A DNA stretch of 61,520 nucleotides, filler included. It is 6 parts of 6 records of this genome, joined end to end, with 100 filler letters (N's around TTAATTAATTAA, not from the genome) between each part and the next. Parts side by side here need not be neighbours in the genome. Positions count along the whole stretch, not along the records: positions 34,401 to 47,261 come from DRR723986_11136; positions 47,362 to 56,174 come from DRR723986_11137; 4 more parts are not named here. One strand, 5' to 3'. The position numbers and the translations under genes are program-made. Each line of letters opens with the position of its first letter. Within the stretch, counting starts at the first letter, position 1. The notes under the pieces are model-generated. The model was not told where the DNA came from, made no database searches, and worked only from the letters and a program-made list of their open reading frames with translations. Of the stretch, positions 40,803-51,067 are shown piece after piece.

Positions 40803-41534
40803 ATGCTAAAAACTGATAATCTCACCAAAAAATTTGGTAACAAGCTCGCATTGGATAACCTGAACTTGGTTGTTAACGCGAGGGAAATCGTTTGTTTGTT
40901 GGGCGCTAACGGCGCTGGCAAAACAACGACAATCAATCTTTTTCTGGGCTTTCTTGAGCCCACCTCGGGGGCCGCTTTTGTTGGTGATAAGAATGTGGCG
41001 CAAAATGTTGAAGCGGCCCGAGCCGATCTTGCCTATGTGCCGGAACAGGTAAGCTTATATCCAGTTTTAACGGGTCTTGAAAATCTGGTTTATTTTAACC
41101 GATTGGCGGGTAAAAATGTGGCTGATACTGCAACGCTTCGCACCTATTTTGATCGTGTTGGTCTGGACCAAGGGGCTGCAGATTCTCGAGTAGAGAATTA
41201 TTCCAAAGGTATGCGCCAAAAAGTTGGCCTCGCCATTGCGCTGGCTAAGGGCGCGAAAGCACTTTTGTTGGATGAACCATTGTCGGGTTTAGACCCGAAA
41301 GCCGCGAACGAATTCTGTTCGTTGTTGCGCGCTCTTTCTGATGACGGCACTGCCATATTGATGGCAACCCATGACCTGTTCCGCGCCAAGGAAGTAGGGG
41401 ACCGCATCGGTATTATGAAGGCGGGCCGACTGTTGGATGACCTGCAGGCATCAGAGATAAACCACAACCAGCTTGAGAAAATCTATCTTGATCACATGCA
41501 TGACGGCGGCCCGGCGAGAGGAGAGGCGGCATGA
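40803..41534 (+). CDS. ABC transporter ATP-binding protein (ABC-2 type)
   Basis: GANGAGKTT, YSKGMRQK, LLLDEP, THDL. Confidence 0.95.
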   Translation: MLKTDNLTKKFGNKLALDNLNLVVNAREIVCLLGANGAGKTTTINLFLGFLEPTSGAAFVGDKNVAQNVEAARADLAYVPEQVSLYPVLTGLENLVYFNRLAGKNVADTATLRTYFDRVGLDQGAADSRVENYSKGMRQKVGLAIALAKGAKALLLDEPLSGLDPKAANEFCSLLRALSDDGTAILMATHDLFRAKEVGDRIGIMKAGRLLDDLQASEINHNQLEKIYLDHMHDGGPARGEAA

Positions 41535-42961
41535 TCTCGGCCATTGTTATAAAAGAATGGACTGAGTATCGCCGTGATGGTCGGGTAATCAGTGTTCTTA
41601 CTCTTCTCATGCTGTTGGTGTCTGTGGGACTGGTGACCGGCTGGGCAGGGCTTTCTGAACAACAGCGGCAAGCTCAGTCAGCGCAACGAGACGATCAGGA
41701 AGTATTTCTCAAACAAGGGGAAAAGAACCCTCATTCCGCGGCTCATTTCGGTCGCATAGCCTATAAGCCCATGCCGCCACTTTCGGTTTTTGATCCCGGT
41801 GCAACGCCGTATTTGGGTCAGGCGATTTGGCTGGAGGCGCACGCTCAAGACCCTGCCATGTTTCGGCCAGCTGAGGACGCACCGGACCTGAGGCGGCTTG
41901 CAGACCTAAGTGTGGCTGGTGTGCTTAGCTTGCTTCTACCGCTTTTGGTGTTTTTAACAGGGTATGGTGCTTTTGCCGGTGAGCGCGAACGTGGAACTTT
42001 GCGTTTAGCTGTGAGCTCCGGGTCTGCTCTGAAGAATTTATTCACTGGCAAGCTTACAGCGGTTGCTATGATAGGTGTCGGCGTTGCATTTGTTGCAATC
42101 ACTGTATCAGCCATCATGGCCATGTCAGCGCCGGTGGGGGTTTCTAGCAGTGAAATTTTGCTTAGAAGTTTGGGCCTCGTTCTTGGGTATACCCTATACG
42201 CTATTGCCTTTGCCGCTTTTGCGCTTTTAGTGTCAGCGCGAACAAAAAGGGCCACGTCTGCGCTTCTTGTTCTGCTCGGCCTCTGGGCGCTTTCTGTTGT
42301 CGTTATGCCCCGCGTGGCGGCAACGGTTTCCGAGCATCTCTATCCTGTCCCTGATAGTGAGACATTTTGGTCGGAAACCTATTCGACCATTCGGGCAAAC
42401 AGACCTGACCGGGATTCAGCAGAATATAAAGCTGCAGAAAGATTGGTGCTCAGTCGTGCCCTTGGTCGTGAGGTAAGTGACGAAGAGGTTGCTGGAATGG
42501 AACTTAATCGCAGCGGGTTAAGGCTTGAGGTCTCTGAAGTGATTGATGCCAATGCCTTTAGTGCAGCATACGAGCGACTGTATGCCGCTTACCAGCATCA
42601 GAAAGAAGTGCGCCGCGCGCTGTCCGTCTTTTCACCAGCTATTTTGCTACAGCATTTTTCTTCAGGCCTTTCCGGCACTGACATTGCCGCTCATAAGCAT
42701 TTTGCGCTCGAAGCTGAAAAGCAGCGCAATGTAATCGTTCGCGAGATGAATGAAGATATGATGCTCAAAGGAGTTGGCCAAAGCTTTTCTTACTTGGCTG
42801 ACGCAGATTTCTGGGAAAGCATCCCGGACTTTCAGCACCAGCCTCCGCCTTTGTCATATGCAGTGCGCTCCGTGCTTTGGGACTTTGTTTTGCTCGGTTT
42901 GTGGGCAGTGCTTGCTCTTTGGTTTGCCTGGCGGGCAGCCCGTAAACAACAAATAATATGA
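41531..42961 (+). CDS. ABC-2 permease, DUF3526-like
   Basis: KNPHSAAHFG, IWLEAH, ERERGTLR, LSGTD. Confidence 0.85.
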   Translation: MISAIVIKEWTEYRRDGRVISVLTLLMLLVSVGLVTGWAGLSEQQRQAQSAQRDDQEVFLKQGEKNPHSAAHFGRIAYKPMPPLSVFDPGATPYLGQAIWLEAHAQDPAMFRPAEDAPDLRRLADLSVAGVLSLLLPLLVFLTGYGAFAGERERGTLRLAVSSGSALKNLFTGKLTAVAMIGVGVAFVAITVSAIMAMSAPVGVSSSEILLRSLGLVLGYTLYAIAFAAFALLVSARTKRATSALLVLLGLWALSVVVMPRVAATVSEHLYPVPDSETFWSETYSTIRANRPDRDSAEYKAAERLVLSRALGREVSDEEVAGMELNRSGLRLEVSEVIDANAFSAAYERLYAAYQHQKEVRRALSVFSPAILLQHFSSGLSGTDIAAHKHFALEAEKQRNVIVREMNEDMMLKGVGQSFSYLADADFWESIPDFQHQPPPLSYAVRSVLWDFVLLGLWAVLALWFAWRAARKQQII

Positions 42962-44400
42962 GGCTTGAGATGACTTTATCGCACATAATTTCTCATGAAT
43001 GGAAAACGCGGCTGGGCCGTCCGGCTGGGCTTTTCAGTCTAATGCTGTTTGCGGGGCTGCTTATATACGGCGCTGTTAGCGGCCGTATGGAACGGGATGC
43101 GCGTCTTGAGGCTATAGCCGCTCATGAAGAGCAAATTGCTTCTGCCATGGAAAGTTGGCTTGCGAATGCACGCCTTCTGGAGGAGAAAGGCGCGGATGCA
43201 GATGTCCCGGCTTGGAGTGGATCTGCCTTAGATGTAACCTTCGCTTCTGCTTTGCCGCCTGGCCCGCTCGGTGATTTTGCCATTGGTCAATCCGATATTT
43301 TACCCGGCCTTGGGAGCTTGTCTCTCTGGTCTCCAGATATTCGACTGTTTTCCAAATATGAATTTGAAGACCCCATCGCGCTGGCGCTGGGTGGGTTTGA
43401 TCTGGGCAAAGTTGTTCTTCTAGTTCTGCCATTGCTGTTGATTGTTCTTTCCTTCGACATCCTTTCAGCAGAACGCGATGCAAACCGCCTTGGCCTCACC
43501 TTGGCTCAGGGCGCTAAACTGCGGTCGTTGTTTTGGAAAAGGTTGTTCATTAGAGGGCTTTTTGTTTTCGGTGTCACTTTCCTAATAATACTTGCGGCTT
43601 TTTTGTTTCAAACCGGCAATGCAAGCTTATTTGACCGGCTGCCGTATTTTGCCCTTTGGGGGGTAGGTGCCTCCCTGTATGTGCTTTTCTGGATTGGCGT
43701 AATTGCTTTCGTTGCATCACGCAACCGTGGCGGCGAAGTGAACGCTATTTTGCTGCTTATCTCGTGGGCTGGTTTTACCTTGATCGTTCCGGCTGGTATT
43801 GCAGCAGTTGCGGAAAGCGTTTATCCGGCACCCTCGCGTCTTGCTTATCTGGCCGAGGCACGAGAAGCGGAGAATGAAACAAAGCTCAGAGAAGCAGATA
43901 TTGCCAATGAGTTCATCCTTGATCACCCTGAAATGCTGGTGAATGAGACAAGCGAAATACCGGCCTTTGTAAAGTCCGCATTTATCGTGACCTCAACCGT
44001 GGACGAAGCCACAAAACCGCTTCTGGCAGAATTTGAGGCGGAAGCTTTGAAGCGGGATGCGTCACTAAATTGGATGCGGTTTTTGTCTCCTGCCATCATT
44101 ACGCATACCTTGTTTAATGATGTTGCCGGGGCAGATTCCGGGCGACACAAACGCTATATGAAGTCGGCTCGTGCATTCAAGGCCTCATACGGCGAAAAGG
44201 CAGGCCCATATGTCATTGCAGGCAATAGGTTACCAACAGAAGAGTTCGCCTCGCTGCCAACTTTTGAATTTGATGAGGAAGGCATCGGTGCCGTTATAAA
44301 CCGACATTTGGGGGCGTTGATTTTTCTCGTTTTTGCCGCAGGGCTTTTGTTGTTTTTCGCTGATCGCCGCTTAACAGAAATTAGAGGGCCAAATGATTGA
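42958..44400 (+). CDS. ABC-2 permease, DUF3526-like (second paralog)
   Basis: FAIGQSD, GGFDL...LPLLLI...LSAERD, YPAPSR, DHPE. Confidence 0.85.
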   Translation: MRLEMTLSHIISHEWKTRLGRPAGLFSLMLFAGLLIYGAVSGRMERDARLEAIAAHEEQIASAMESWLANARLLEEKGADADVPAWSGSALDVTFASALPPGPLGDFAIGQSDILPGLGSLSLWSPDIRLFSKYEFEDPIALALGGFDLGKVVLLVLPLLLIVLSFDILSAERDANRLGLTLAQGAKLRSLFWKRLFIRGLFVFGVTFLIILAAFLFQTGNASLFDRLPYFALWGVGASLYVLFWIGVIAFVASRNRGGEVNAILLLISWAGFTLIVPAGIAAVAESVYPAPSRLAYLAEAREAENETKLREADIANEFILDHPEMLVNETSEIPAFVKSAFIVTSTVDEATKPLLAEFEAEALKRDASLNWMRFLSPAIITHTLFNDVAGADSGRHKRYMKSARAFKASYGEKAGPYVIAGNRLPTEEFASLPTFEFDEEGIGAVINRHLGALIFLVFAAGLLLFFADRRLTEIRGPND

Positions 44401-44492
44401 AAGTGGATGAGCTGAGCATAAAGTTGGAGCGAAGCATCCAGTTTGCCGAATGCCTTGAGGGCGCATTGTATCCTGAAAAATTGTGATAGAAA

Positions 44493-45764
44493 ATGGAAGC
44501 TCAAATGGAGAAGTCAGCACAGAGAACAACATCACGAATACAAGTTTTAGATTTTATTCGTGGTGTTGCGATCCTGGGAATGCTTGTGGCTAATGTGCCA
44601 TGGCATGCGGGCGATACTATGTCGCGTGTTCTCGAACCAGATTTTTGGAGTGTAAATGCGTGGCTTAGCCAATACCTCATTTTTGATCAGCGGTTTATGC
44701 CAATTTTTTGCATGTTATTTGGTGCCAGTGTTTTTCTGCTGACCGGCGGGAGAGATGTTACTAAAGTTTTCAAGGGATATTATCTGCGGCGAATGTTGGT
44801 TTTGCTGTTACTAGGGGTAACTCACGCCTATTTTCTGTGGCCTGGCGACATACTCATTACATATGCTATTTGCGGACCATTTTTATTGTTGTTTTATCGA
44901 GCGCCCGTTAGATGGCTGCTTACTGTCGGTTTATCTTTCAAAGGGATAGACCTGATCTTCGGGGAATGGCCGGAGTTATATTTCGCAACCATTGATGCAT
45001 GGCTATTTTCCTGGGTCAAATTCGGTGATGCCCCTTCAACAATAGCAGCAGCCTATGCTGGTACTTACAGTGACCTGTTTGCCTACAATGTTTGGCGAAA
45101 TCAATTTCTACAATGGACAGCGTTACCGTATTTCCGCATGTGGAATGCGCTTGGTTTCATGCTGATTGGTATGGCGCTATTTAAGATGGGTATATTGCAA
45201 GGAAGGAAAGGCCAACAGTTTTACAAAAAGTTTGCAACAATCAGCCTGTTTATTAGCCTGCCCCTTGTCCTTTACGGTGTTTTTGCGAGAATTGGAGTAA
45301 ATTCAACCGTTGGCCCTTATCTCGGGTTTACTACAGAATTGCCGTTGCAAAATATTACGTTTCGCACCGGCTGTTCTGTGATGTCGTTTACGATTTTGGC
45401 GATGCTTCATACTATATATCCATATGTGTGTGGTTATATTCGTGGCTTGGTAGAAGCCGTTGGAAGGATGGCTCTCACTAATTATGTTTTTCACTCCATA
45501 TTCTTTTTGATCGTTTTCCATGTTTTTGTCCCAAGCCTTTTCGACACGCTTGATCACGATATGCTTTTGTTACTTGTCATGGTGGTTTGGGCCATTCAGC
45601 TATTCGGGAGCCATCTATGGCTTAAATACTTCAAACAAGGCCCTTTGGAAGCGCTTTGGCGTTCATTAACAGGCACCAAAAAACGACATCAACACTCTGG
45701 AGAAAAACAGTGCGCTGATCCGCAAGCAAAATTGGGACATCAAAAAGATGGAGCGACACAATGA
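44493..45764 (+). CDS. DUF418 (YeiB-like) membrane protein
   Basis: RIQVLDFIRGVAILG, FCMLFG, GDILITYA, VGRMALTNY, QGPLEALWRSLT. Confidence 0.9.
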   Translation: MEAQMEKSAQRTTSRIQVLDFIRGVAILGMLVANVPWHAGDTMSRVLEPDFWSVNAWLSQYLIFDQRFMPIFCMLFGASVFLLTGGRDVTKVFKGYYLRRMLVLLLLGVTHAYFLWPGDILITYAICGPFLLLFYRAPVRWLLTVGLSFKGIDLIFGEWPELYFATIDAWLFSWVKFGDAPSTIAAAYAGTYSDLFAYNVWRNQFLQWTALPYFRMWNALGFMLIGMALFKMGILQGRKGQQFYKKFATISLFISLPLVLYGVFARIGVNSTVGPYLGFTTELPLQNITFRTGCSVMSFTILAMLHTIYPYVCGYIRGLVEAVGRMALTNYVFHSIFFLIVFHVFVPSLFDTLDHDMLLLLVMVVWAIQLFGSHLWLKYFKQGPLEALWRSLTGTKKRHQHSGEKQCADPQAKLGHQKDGATQ

Positions 45765-46771
45765 GAGTTTCAAGGCGGACCTGTGGGAAGTATTTATTTT
45801 CATTGGCGACGGTTAGCACTGTTGCCAGCAACACTATTTCCGCTCAACAAACCTCGCGCAACCAACTCTATATTCGCCGTTATGCTCCGTCTTTAACAAC
45901 AGATGGTAAGCGGGCGCTAATTTCTGGTGGTGCACCAATTGGTGCTGGCCAGAATGAACACCATACTCATTCAGGTGTCATGTCAGTTGTTGAGGCCATT
46001 AACCCCGATAGTCTGGAGCAAGAGTTTTTGGCCAATGCTATATTCCCGAGAGCTAACCACGCTTCTGTCTGGATAAACGATCAGCTATGGCTGATTGGCG
46101 GCAGAACCCAATTAGGCAATGAGAGGCGTTTGGCTGCTGAGGTGGAAAGAATTGACCTTAATACACAGGCTATTTGGTCTGGACCTGATTTACCGCTCGC
46201 CCTGATTGATTTGTCTGCAGTTACAGTTGGTCGATCAATCTTTGTCTTTGGCGGCATTCACCGTGACTATGAAATAGGCGTATCAAGCCCCAGCAACCGC
46301 GTTTTTGAGTGTGCACCGCCTTATGACAGCTGGGCAGAACGGAGCAACATGCCTGTTGCTGTTGGAAACATGGCAACCATGGTTGCAGGCAAAAAGGTAT
46401 ATTTAGTTGGCGGGTTTGACCGCAAAAAGGCACACGCAATAACGCAGGTTTTCGATCCTGAAACTAATTCTTGGTCCTTTGGCCCTCCGCCACCAAGGCC
46501 TCTGAGCGCACATGCTAGTGCCGGAGATCACAAGCGTCTTTTTGTGTTTGGGGACTATCAACAGCAAGCTTCGGTTTCAGGTTTTGATATTCCCTCGGGT
46601 GAATGGCGTGACCTTAAAATACCATTTACGCCCCGACGTCATGTCCGCGCGGTGAGAATAAAAGATAGAGTTGTTGTGGCGGGCGGTAATCAGACGTCCC
46701 TTGCTCCTGCTACAAACGTTTTGGAGGCTTTTAGCCTCAATATACTCAGCAATTCTTTTGATCAGACCTGA
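45761..46771 (+). CDS. Kelch-repeat beta-propeller protein with signal peptide
   Basis: Six repeats with GG/FG motifs (LISGG, LIGG, VFGG, LVGG, VFG, VAGG) and spaced Trp. Confidence 0.85.
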   Translation: MRVSRRTCGKYLFSLATVSTVASNTISAQQTSRNQLYIRRYAPSLTTDGKRALISGGAPIGAGQNEHHTHSGVMSVVEAINPDSLEQEFLANAIFPRANHASVWINDQLWLIGGRTQLGNERRLAAEVERIDLNTQAIWSGPDLPLALIDLSAVTVGRSIFVFGGIHRDYEIGVSSPSNRVFECAPPYDSWAERSNMPVAVGNMATMVAGKKVYLVGGFDRKKAHAITQVFDPETNSWSFGPPPPRPLSAHASAGDHKRLFVFGDYQQQASVSGFDIPSGEWRDLKIPFTPRRHVRAVRIKDRVVVAGGNQTSLAPATNVLEAFSLNILSNSFDQT

Positions 46772-46783
46772 AGGAGATAAGCG

Positions 46784-47261
46784 ATGTATTTGTCGAGGTG
46801 GTTTCCAAAAGTAGGTAGAGCAACGCTTCCTATATCTGCGAGCGGATTTGGGATTACGATTGCATTGGCGGCAATTCTAATGATTGCCAGTTATATCGCC
46901 AGTGAGGTGGGGTATGATACATGGATTGAAGACCATGAAGTTACTGCTCATGTAAGCTCACTATTTCCAAATAGCGGTACGCGGCTCGCCAGAGTGCCGG
47001 CACCCGTGTCTGATGCGCTGCCAGCGTTTGCACCTGACGACATAGTCGATGTTGCTCGATTACAAGTGCGTACCTTAAGTGTGCGGAAAGATGATGCCGT
47101 TTTCAATGAAGTGGTGTTTTGGGCTGACCCAAACTTTTTTAATGTTGTCCGGATACCAGTATTACACGGCGAGGATAGCCCCAGGCTTGATGGTTCTAAT
47201 ACCGTGATTACGGCCACGGCTGCTCTTAAGTATTTTGGTCAAACTGATGTGATCGGTGAAA
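46784..47261 (+). CDS. MacB/FtsX-like ABC permease (partial)
   Basis: EVGYDTWI, WADPNFF, VITATAALKYFG.TDVIG. Confidence 0.8.
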
Positions 47262-47361
47262 NNNNNNNNNNNNNNNNNNNNNNNNNNNNNNNNNNNNNNN
47301 NNNNNTTAATTAATTAANNNNNNNNNNNNNNNNNNNNNNNNNNNNNNNNNNNNNNNNNNNN
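47262..47361. other. Artificial contig spacer
   Basis: N-run with TTAATTAATTAA. Confidence 0.98.
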
Positions 47362-47938
47362 CCCGGACGGCCCCGCCGGTCTTTCCCCGCGCGCCGCGCA
47401 GGCCGCCGCCGGGATTGTCGCGCAGATGCCCGCCCTCACCGCGCTGACCGCCGGTTCGGTCGCCAGCTACCACCGCCTGACCCCGCACCGCTGGAGCGCG
47501 GCCTACGCCAACCTCGCCGTGCAGGACCGTGAGGCGGGCCTGCGCATCTGCCCCGTCACCGCGACGGAGCCAGAGCGCATCGCGCGACAGTTCAACTACG
47601 AATACCGCGCCGCCGATGCCACCGCCTCTCCGATGCTGGCGCTTTCGGCGCTGATCCATGCCGCCAGCGCCGGGGTCGAGGCCGCCCTGCCCTGCCCCGA
47701 ACCCACCACCGGCGACCTGTCAGAGCACTCGGACGAGGCCCTGCGCGCCCGTGGCATCGCCCCCCTGCCCCGGTCTCTGGCCGAGGCGCTGAAACGGATG
47801 CAGGCCGCCCCCGCGCTGGAACAGGCCTATGGCGCGGCTTTCCTGTCGCTTTATGCCGCCCACAAGGGCTTCGAGGCCACCGAGGTCGCCAGCCTCGCGG
47901 TTCCGGACATGCTCAGCCGTTACGCAGCCACCTACTGA
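47362..47938 (+). CDS. Glutamine synthetase family protein, 3' part (gamma-glutamyl ligase-like)
   Basis: SYHRLTPHRWS, DREAGLRI, EYRAADATASP, LPRSLAEAL. Confidence 0.88.
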
Positions 47939-48013
47939 AGCGCGCCGACCCCCGGCGAAAAGGCTTGAATATGTGCGCATAGCGCGCGAAAGTTCACAAT
48001 ACGAACAGGGAGA

Positions 48014-49201
48014 ATGAGCATGACACGTCGACCGACTTTGCCCGCATCGTTGCGCAACCCCATGGCGGGGGCCATGACCCGCCGGCAGGCCCTTGGCGGC
48101 ATGGCCGCAGGCGTCGCCGCTGCCGCCGCCGGGATGCCCATGGCCACGCGCGCCCAGTCCGAGCAGATCGCCCTGCTGACGTGGGACGCCTATGCCGACC
48201 CGCGCCTGCTGGACATGTGGCGCCAGACCGGCCGCGACGCCCGCTACGAGATCCACATCTCGGACCCGACCTCGGTCAACCGCCTGCGTGCGGGCGAGAC
48301 CAACGTCTGGAACTTCATCAACCTGAACAACCCGTGGGCGCGTGAGGTCATGTGGCCCGAGGGCCTGATCTACGACCTGCCCCGCGACCGCTTCGAACCG
48401 CTATACGCACAGATGTTCGAGAAATTCGCCATGCCCTACGACTGGGCGCTGTCGCAGAACGGCGAGAACCTTCTGGGCGTCGTCCAGCGCTTCGAGACCT
48501 TCGATTTCGTCGTGAACTCGGACGTGATCTCGCCCGATCTGGCCAAGGACGAGGGCTGGGACCTCTTCAACAACCCCGACTTCGAAGGCCGCTACGGCAT
48601 CCTCGCCTACGAGGACTGGAACGTGATGGACATCTGCATGGGCGCGGGCATCCACCCCTTCAAGCCCAAGACGGACGCCGATTTCGCCGCCTTCGAGGAA
48701 ACCGCCCGGCGCTGGATCAATGGCGCCAAGCTGATCACCACCGACTTCGTGCAGCTCAACCTTGCCATGCTGAACGGCGAGATCGACCTCTACTTCACCG
48801 GCGGCACCTACACCGCGTCTTCGGCCCGCGCCGAGGGGGCCACGAACATCTACGCGATCACGCCGAACTCCGGCCCCGCCGACGGCAAGGGCGGCATCAA
48901 CTGGATCGAGCTGAACTCCTGTGTGGCCAACCCGCAGGGCAAGGAGGCGACGCTCGACTTCCTCGAATGGATCACCACCCCGGACGCCGCAGAGATCGTG
49001 GCGCGCGGCAACGGCAACCTGCAGCCCGTCGCGCAGATGGCGCAGGACGAGGTTCTGTCGCGCTTCTCGGCCGACGAACTCGACGCAATCCAGTGGGACG
49101 AATTCGACCAGCGCATCGCCAATGCGGTAGAGTTCGACATCGTGCCGGATTACGACCGCCTCTACGACATCTACGCGGCGGCGATCCGTGATCGCGGTTG
49201 A
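48014..49201 (+). CDS. Tat-exported PotD/PotF-like solute-binding protein
   Basis: TRRQALGG...ATRA signal; LTWDAYAD; heads an ABC operon. Confidence 0.85.
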   Translation: MSMTRRPTLPASLRNPMAGAMTRRQALGGMAAGVAAAAAGMPMATRAQSEQIALLTWDAYADPRLLDMWRQTGRDARYEIHISDPTSVNRLRAGETNVWNFINLNNPWAREVMWPEGLIYDLPRDRFEPLYAQMFEKFAMPYDWALSQNGENLLGVVQRFETFDFVVNSDVISPDLAKDEGWDLFNNPDFEGRYGILAYEDWNVMDICMGAGIHPFKPKTDADFAAFEETARRWINGAKLITTDFVQLNLAMLNGEIDLYFTGGTYTASSARAEGATNIYAITPNSGPADGKGGINWIELNSCVANPQGKEATLDFLEWITTPDAAEIVARGNGNLQPVAQMAQDEVLSRFSADELDAIQWDEFDQRIANAVEFDIVPDYDRLYDIYAAAIRDRG

Positions 49202-50234
49202 TCCGCTGATGACCGGCACCCCCGCCGACACGCAACCCGCGCTCAGCCTTCAGGGGCTGAGCCGCACCTTCGGCCGGACAGAGGCGCTGCGCGCGGTGTC
49301 GCTGGACATTGCCGAGGGCGAGTTCTTCACCATCGTCGGCCCGTCCGGATCCGGCAAGACGACGCTTCTGCGCATCCTCGCGGGGCTCGATTTGCCCACG
49401 GCGGGGCAGCTGCTGCTGCGTGGCAAGGATGTCACGACCCAGCCGCCGGACAAGCGCCCGACCGCGATGGTCTTTCAGTCGCTGGCCCTTTTTGACCACC
49501 GCTCCGTCGGGCAGAACGTCGAGTTCGCGCTGAAGATGCGCGGCGTGGATGCCAAGACCCGCAAGGCCCGCGCGCTGGAGCTTCTGGACCTCGTGCGCCT
49601 TGGCGCGGACTACTACGGCAAGCCCGTCACGCAATGTTCCGGCGGCGAGCGGCAGCGCGTGGCGCTGGCCCGCGCGCTGGCCTCGGACCCGGAGATCCTG
49701 TTTTTCGACGAGCCGCTCTCGGCGCTGGACTACCGCCTGCGCAAGACGCTGGAGGTGGAGTTGCGCGGTCTGCAACGACGCACCGGGCGAACCTTCGTCT
49801 ACATCACCCACAGCCTCGAAGAGGCGATGGTCATGTCCGACCGCATCGGCATCATGAAGGACGGCGCGCTGGTGCAGGTCGGCACGCCCTCCGAGATCTA
49901 CGACCGCCCCCGCGACCGCTTCGTCGCGCGCTTCATGGGCGAGGTGAACATCCTGCGGGCCGAGAACGGCCAACTGCCAGAGCTTCAGGCCCCCTGCCCC
50001 GGCCCCGACGGCTATCTCATCATCCGCCCCGAGGCGCTGCACCCCGGCGGCGCGGGCATTCCGATCCCTGCCAAGGTGCTGGAACGCTTCCAGCTTGGGT
50101 CGCGCGTGCACCTGCATCTGGACACGCCCGCCGGGCTGATGATCTCGGAACAGCCCGCCTCCTGCGCGTTGCAACCGGGTGACGAGGTGCCCTTCGCCTT
50201 CGACCCCGCCACCGCGCATCGGGTGAGCGCATGA
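49188..50234 (+). CDS. PotA-like ABC ATP-binding protein
   Basis: GPSGSGKTT, CSGGERQRVALARAL, FDEPLSALD. Confidence 0.93.
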   Translation: MIAVDPLMTGTPADTQPALSLQGLSRTFGRTEALRAVSLDIAEGEFFTIVGPSGSGKTTLLRILAGLDLPTAGQLLLRGKDVTTQPPDKRPTAMVFQSLALFDHRSVGQNVEFALKMRGVDAKTRKARALELLDLVRLGADYYGKPVTQCSGGERQRVALARALASDPEILFFDEPLSALDYRLRKTLEVELRGLQRRTGRTFVYITHSLEEAMVMSDRIGIMKDGALVQVGTPSEIYDRPRDRFVARFMGEVNILRAENGQLPELQAPCPGPDGYLIIRPEALHPGGAGIPIPAKVLERFQLGSRVHLHLDTPAGLMISEQPASCALQPGDEVPFAFDPATAHRVSA

Positions 50235-51067
50235 AGCCCGGCCCGCTCTTCGCCCTGCCGGTCGCGCTGTTCCTGACGGTGGGCTTCGCCGCGCCCATCG
50301 TGATCGTCGCGTGGTATTCCCTGATGGAGCCGCGAACCTTCGGGTTGACGGCCGAGTTGACAGCCGTCAACTACCGCGCCGCCTTCACCGAGGGCTACGG
50401 CGGCCCCTTCTTCTGGTCCATCCTCGGCGCCGCCCTAACGACGCTGACCTGCGCCCTGCTGGCATGGCCCACGGCCAAGATGCTCCATGCCCGCGCCGGC
50501 CGCGGCGCCGCAGTCATCACCGGCCTGATCGCCGTGCCGATCTTCGTCAGCGAAAGCGTGCGGCTCTTCGGCCTCTCGCTGTTCCTGATGCCCGGCGGAG
50601 GCATCCTCGCAGGCAGCCTCAAGGCGCTTTTCGGCGTCTCCATCGGGACCGTGCTGAACACCAAGATCGCGGTCTGGCTGGGCATGGTCTACGTGCACTT
50701 CCCCTTCATGCTGTTCCCGCTGCTGCTGGGCGTCGCGCTGATCCCGCAGGACCGCATCGATGCGGCGAAGGACCTTGGCGCCTCGCGCTGGCAGGTGCTG
50801 CGCGAGGTGGAACTGCCGCTCGCCCTGCCGGGCCTCGCCATCGGGGCCTTGCTGACATTCGTGCTGTGCATCGGCGCCAATGCCGAGGCCGCGATCCTCG
50901 GCGGGCAGGCCGTCACGGTCATCACCCGCGCCATCGAGCAACGCTTCAGCTACGCGCAGGACTGGCCCATGGGCGCGGCGCTGACCATGCTGGTGACGCT
51001 GGTCACGGCACTGGTCGTCTTCCCGGTGCTCGCCCGCGTCGACCTCAACCGGCTGATCCGAAAATGA
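50231..51067 (+). CDS. PotB-like ABC permease
   Basis: GMVYVHFPFM, DAAKDLGAS EAA loop, DWPMGAA. Confidence 0.9.
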   Translation: MKPGPLFALPVALFLTVGFAAPIVIVAWYSLMEPRTFGLTAELTAVNYRAAFTEGYGGPFFWSILGAALTTLTCALLAWPTAKMLHARAGRGAAVITGLIAVPIFVSESVRLFGLSLFLMPGGGILAGSLKALFGVSIGTVLNTKIAVWLGMVYVHFPFMLFPLLLGVALIPQDRIDAAKDLGASRWQVLREVELPLALPGLAIGALLTFVLCIGANAEAAILGGQAVTVITRAIEQRFSYAQDWPMGAALTMLVTLVTALVVFPVLARVDLNRLIRK

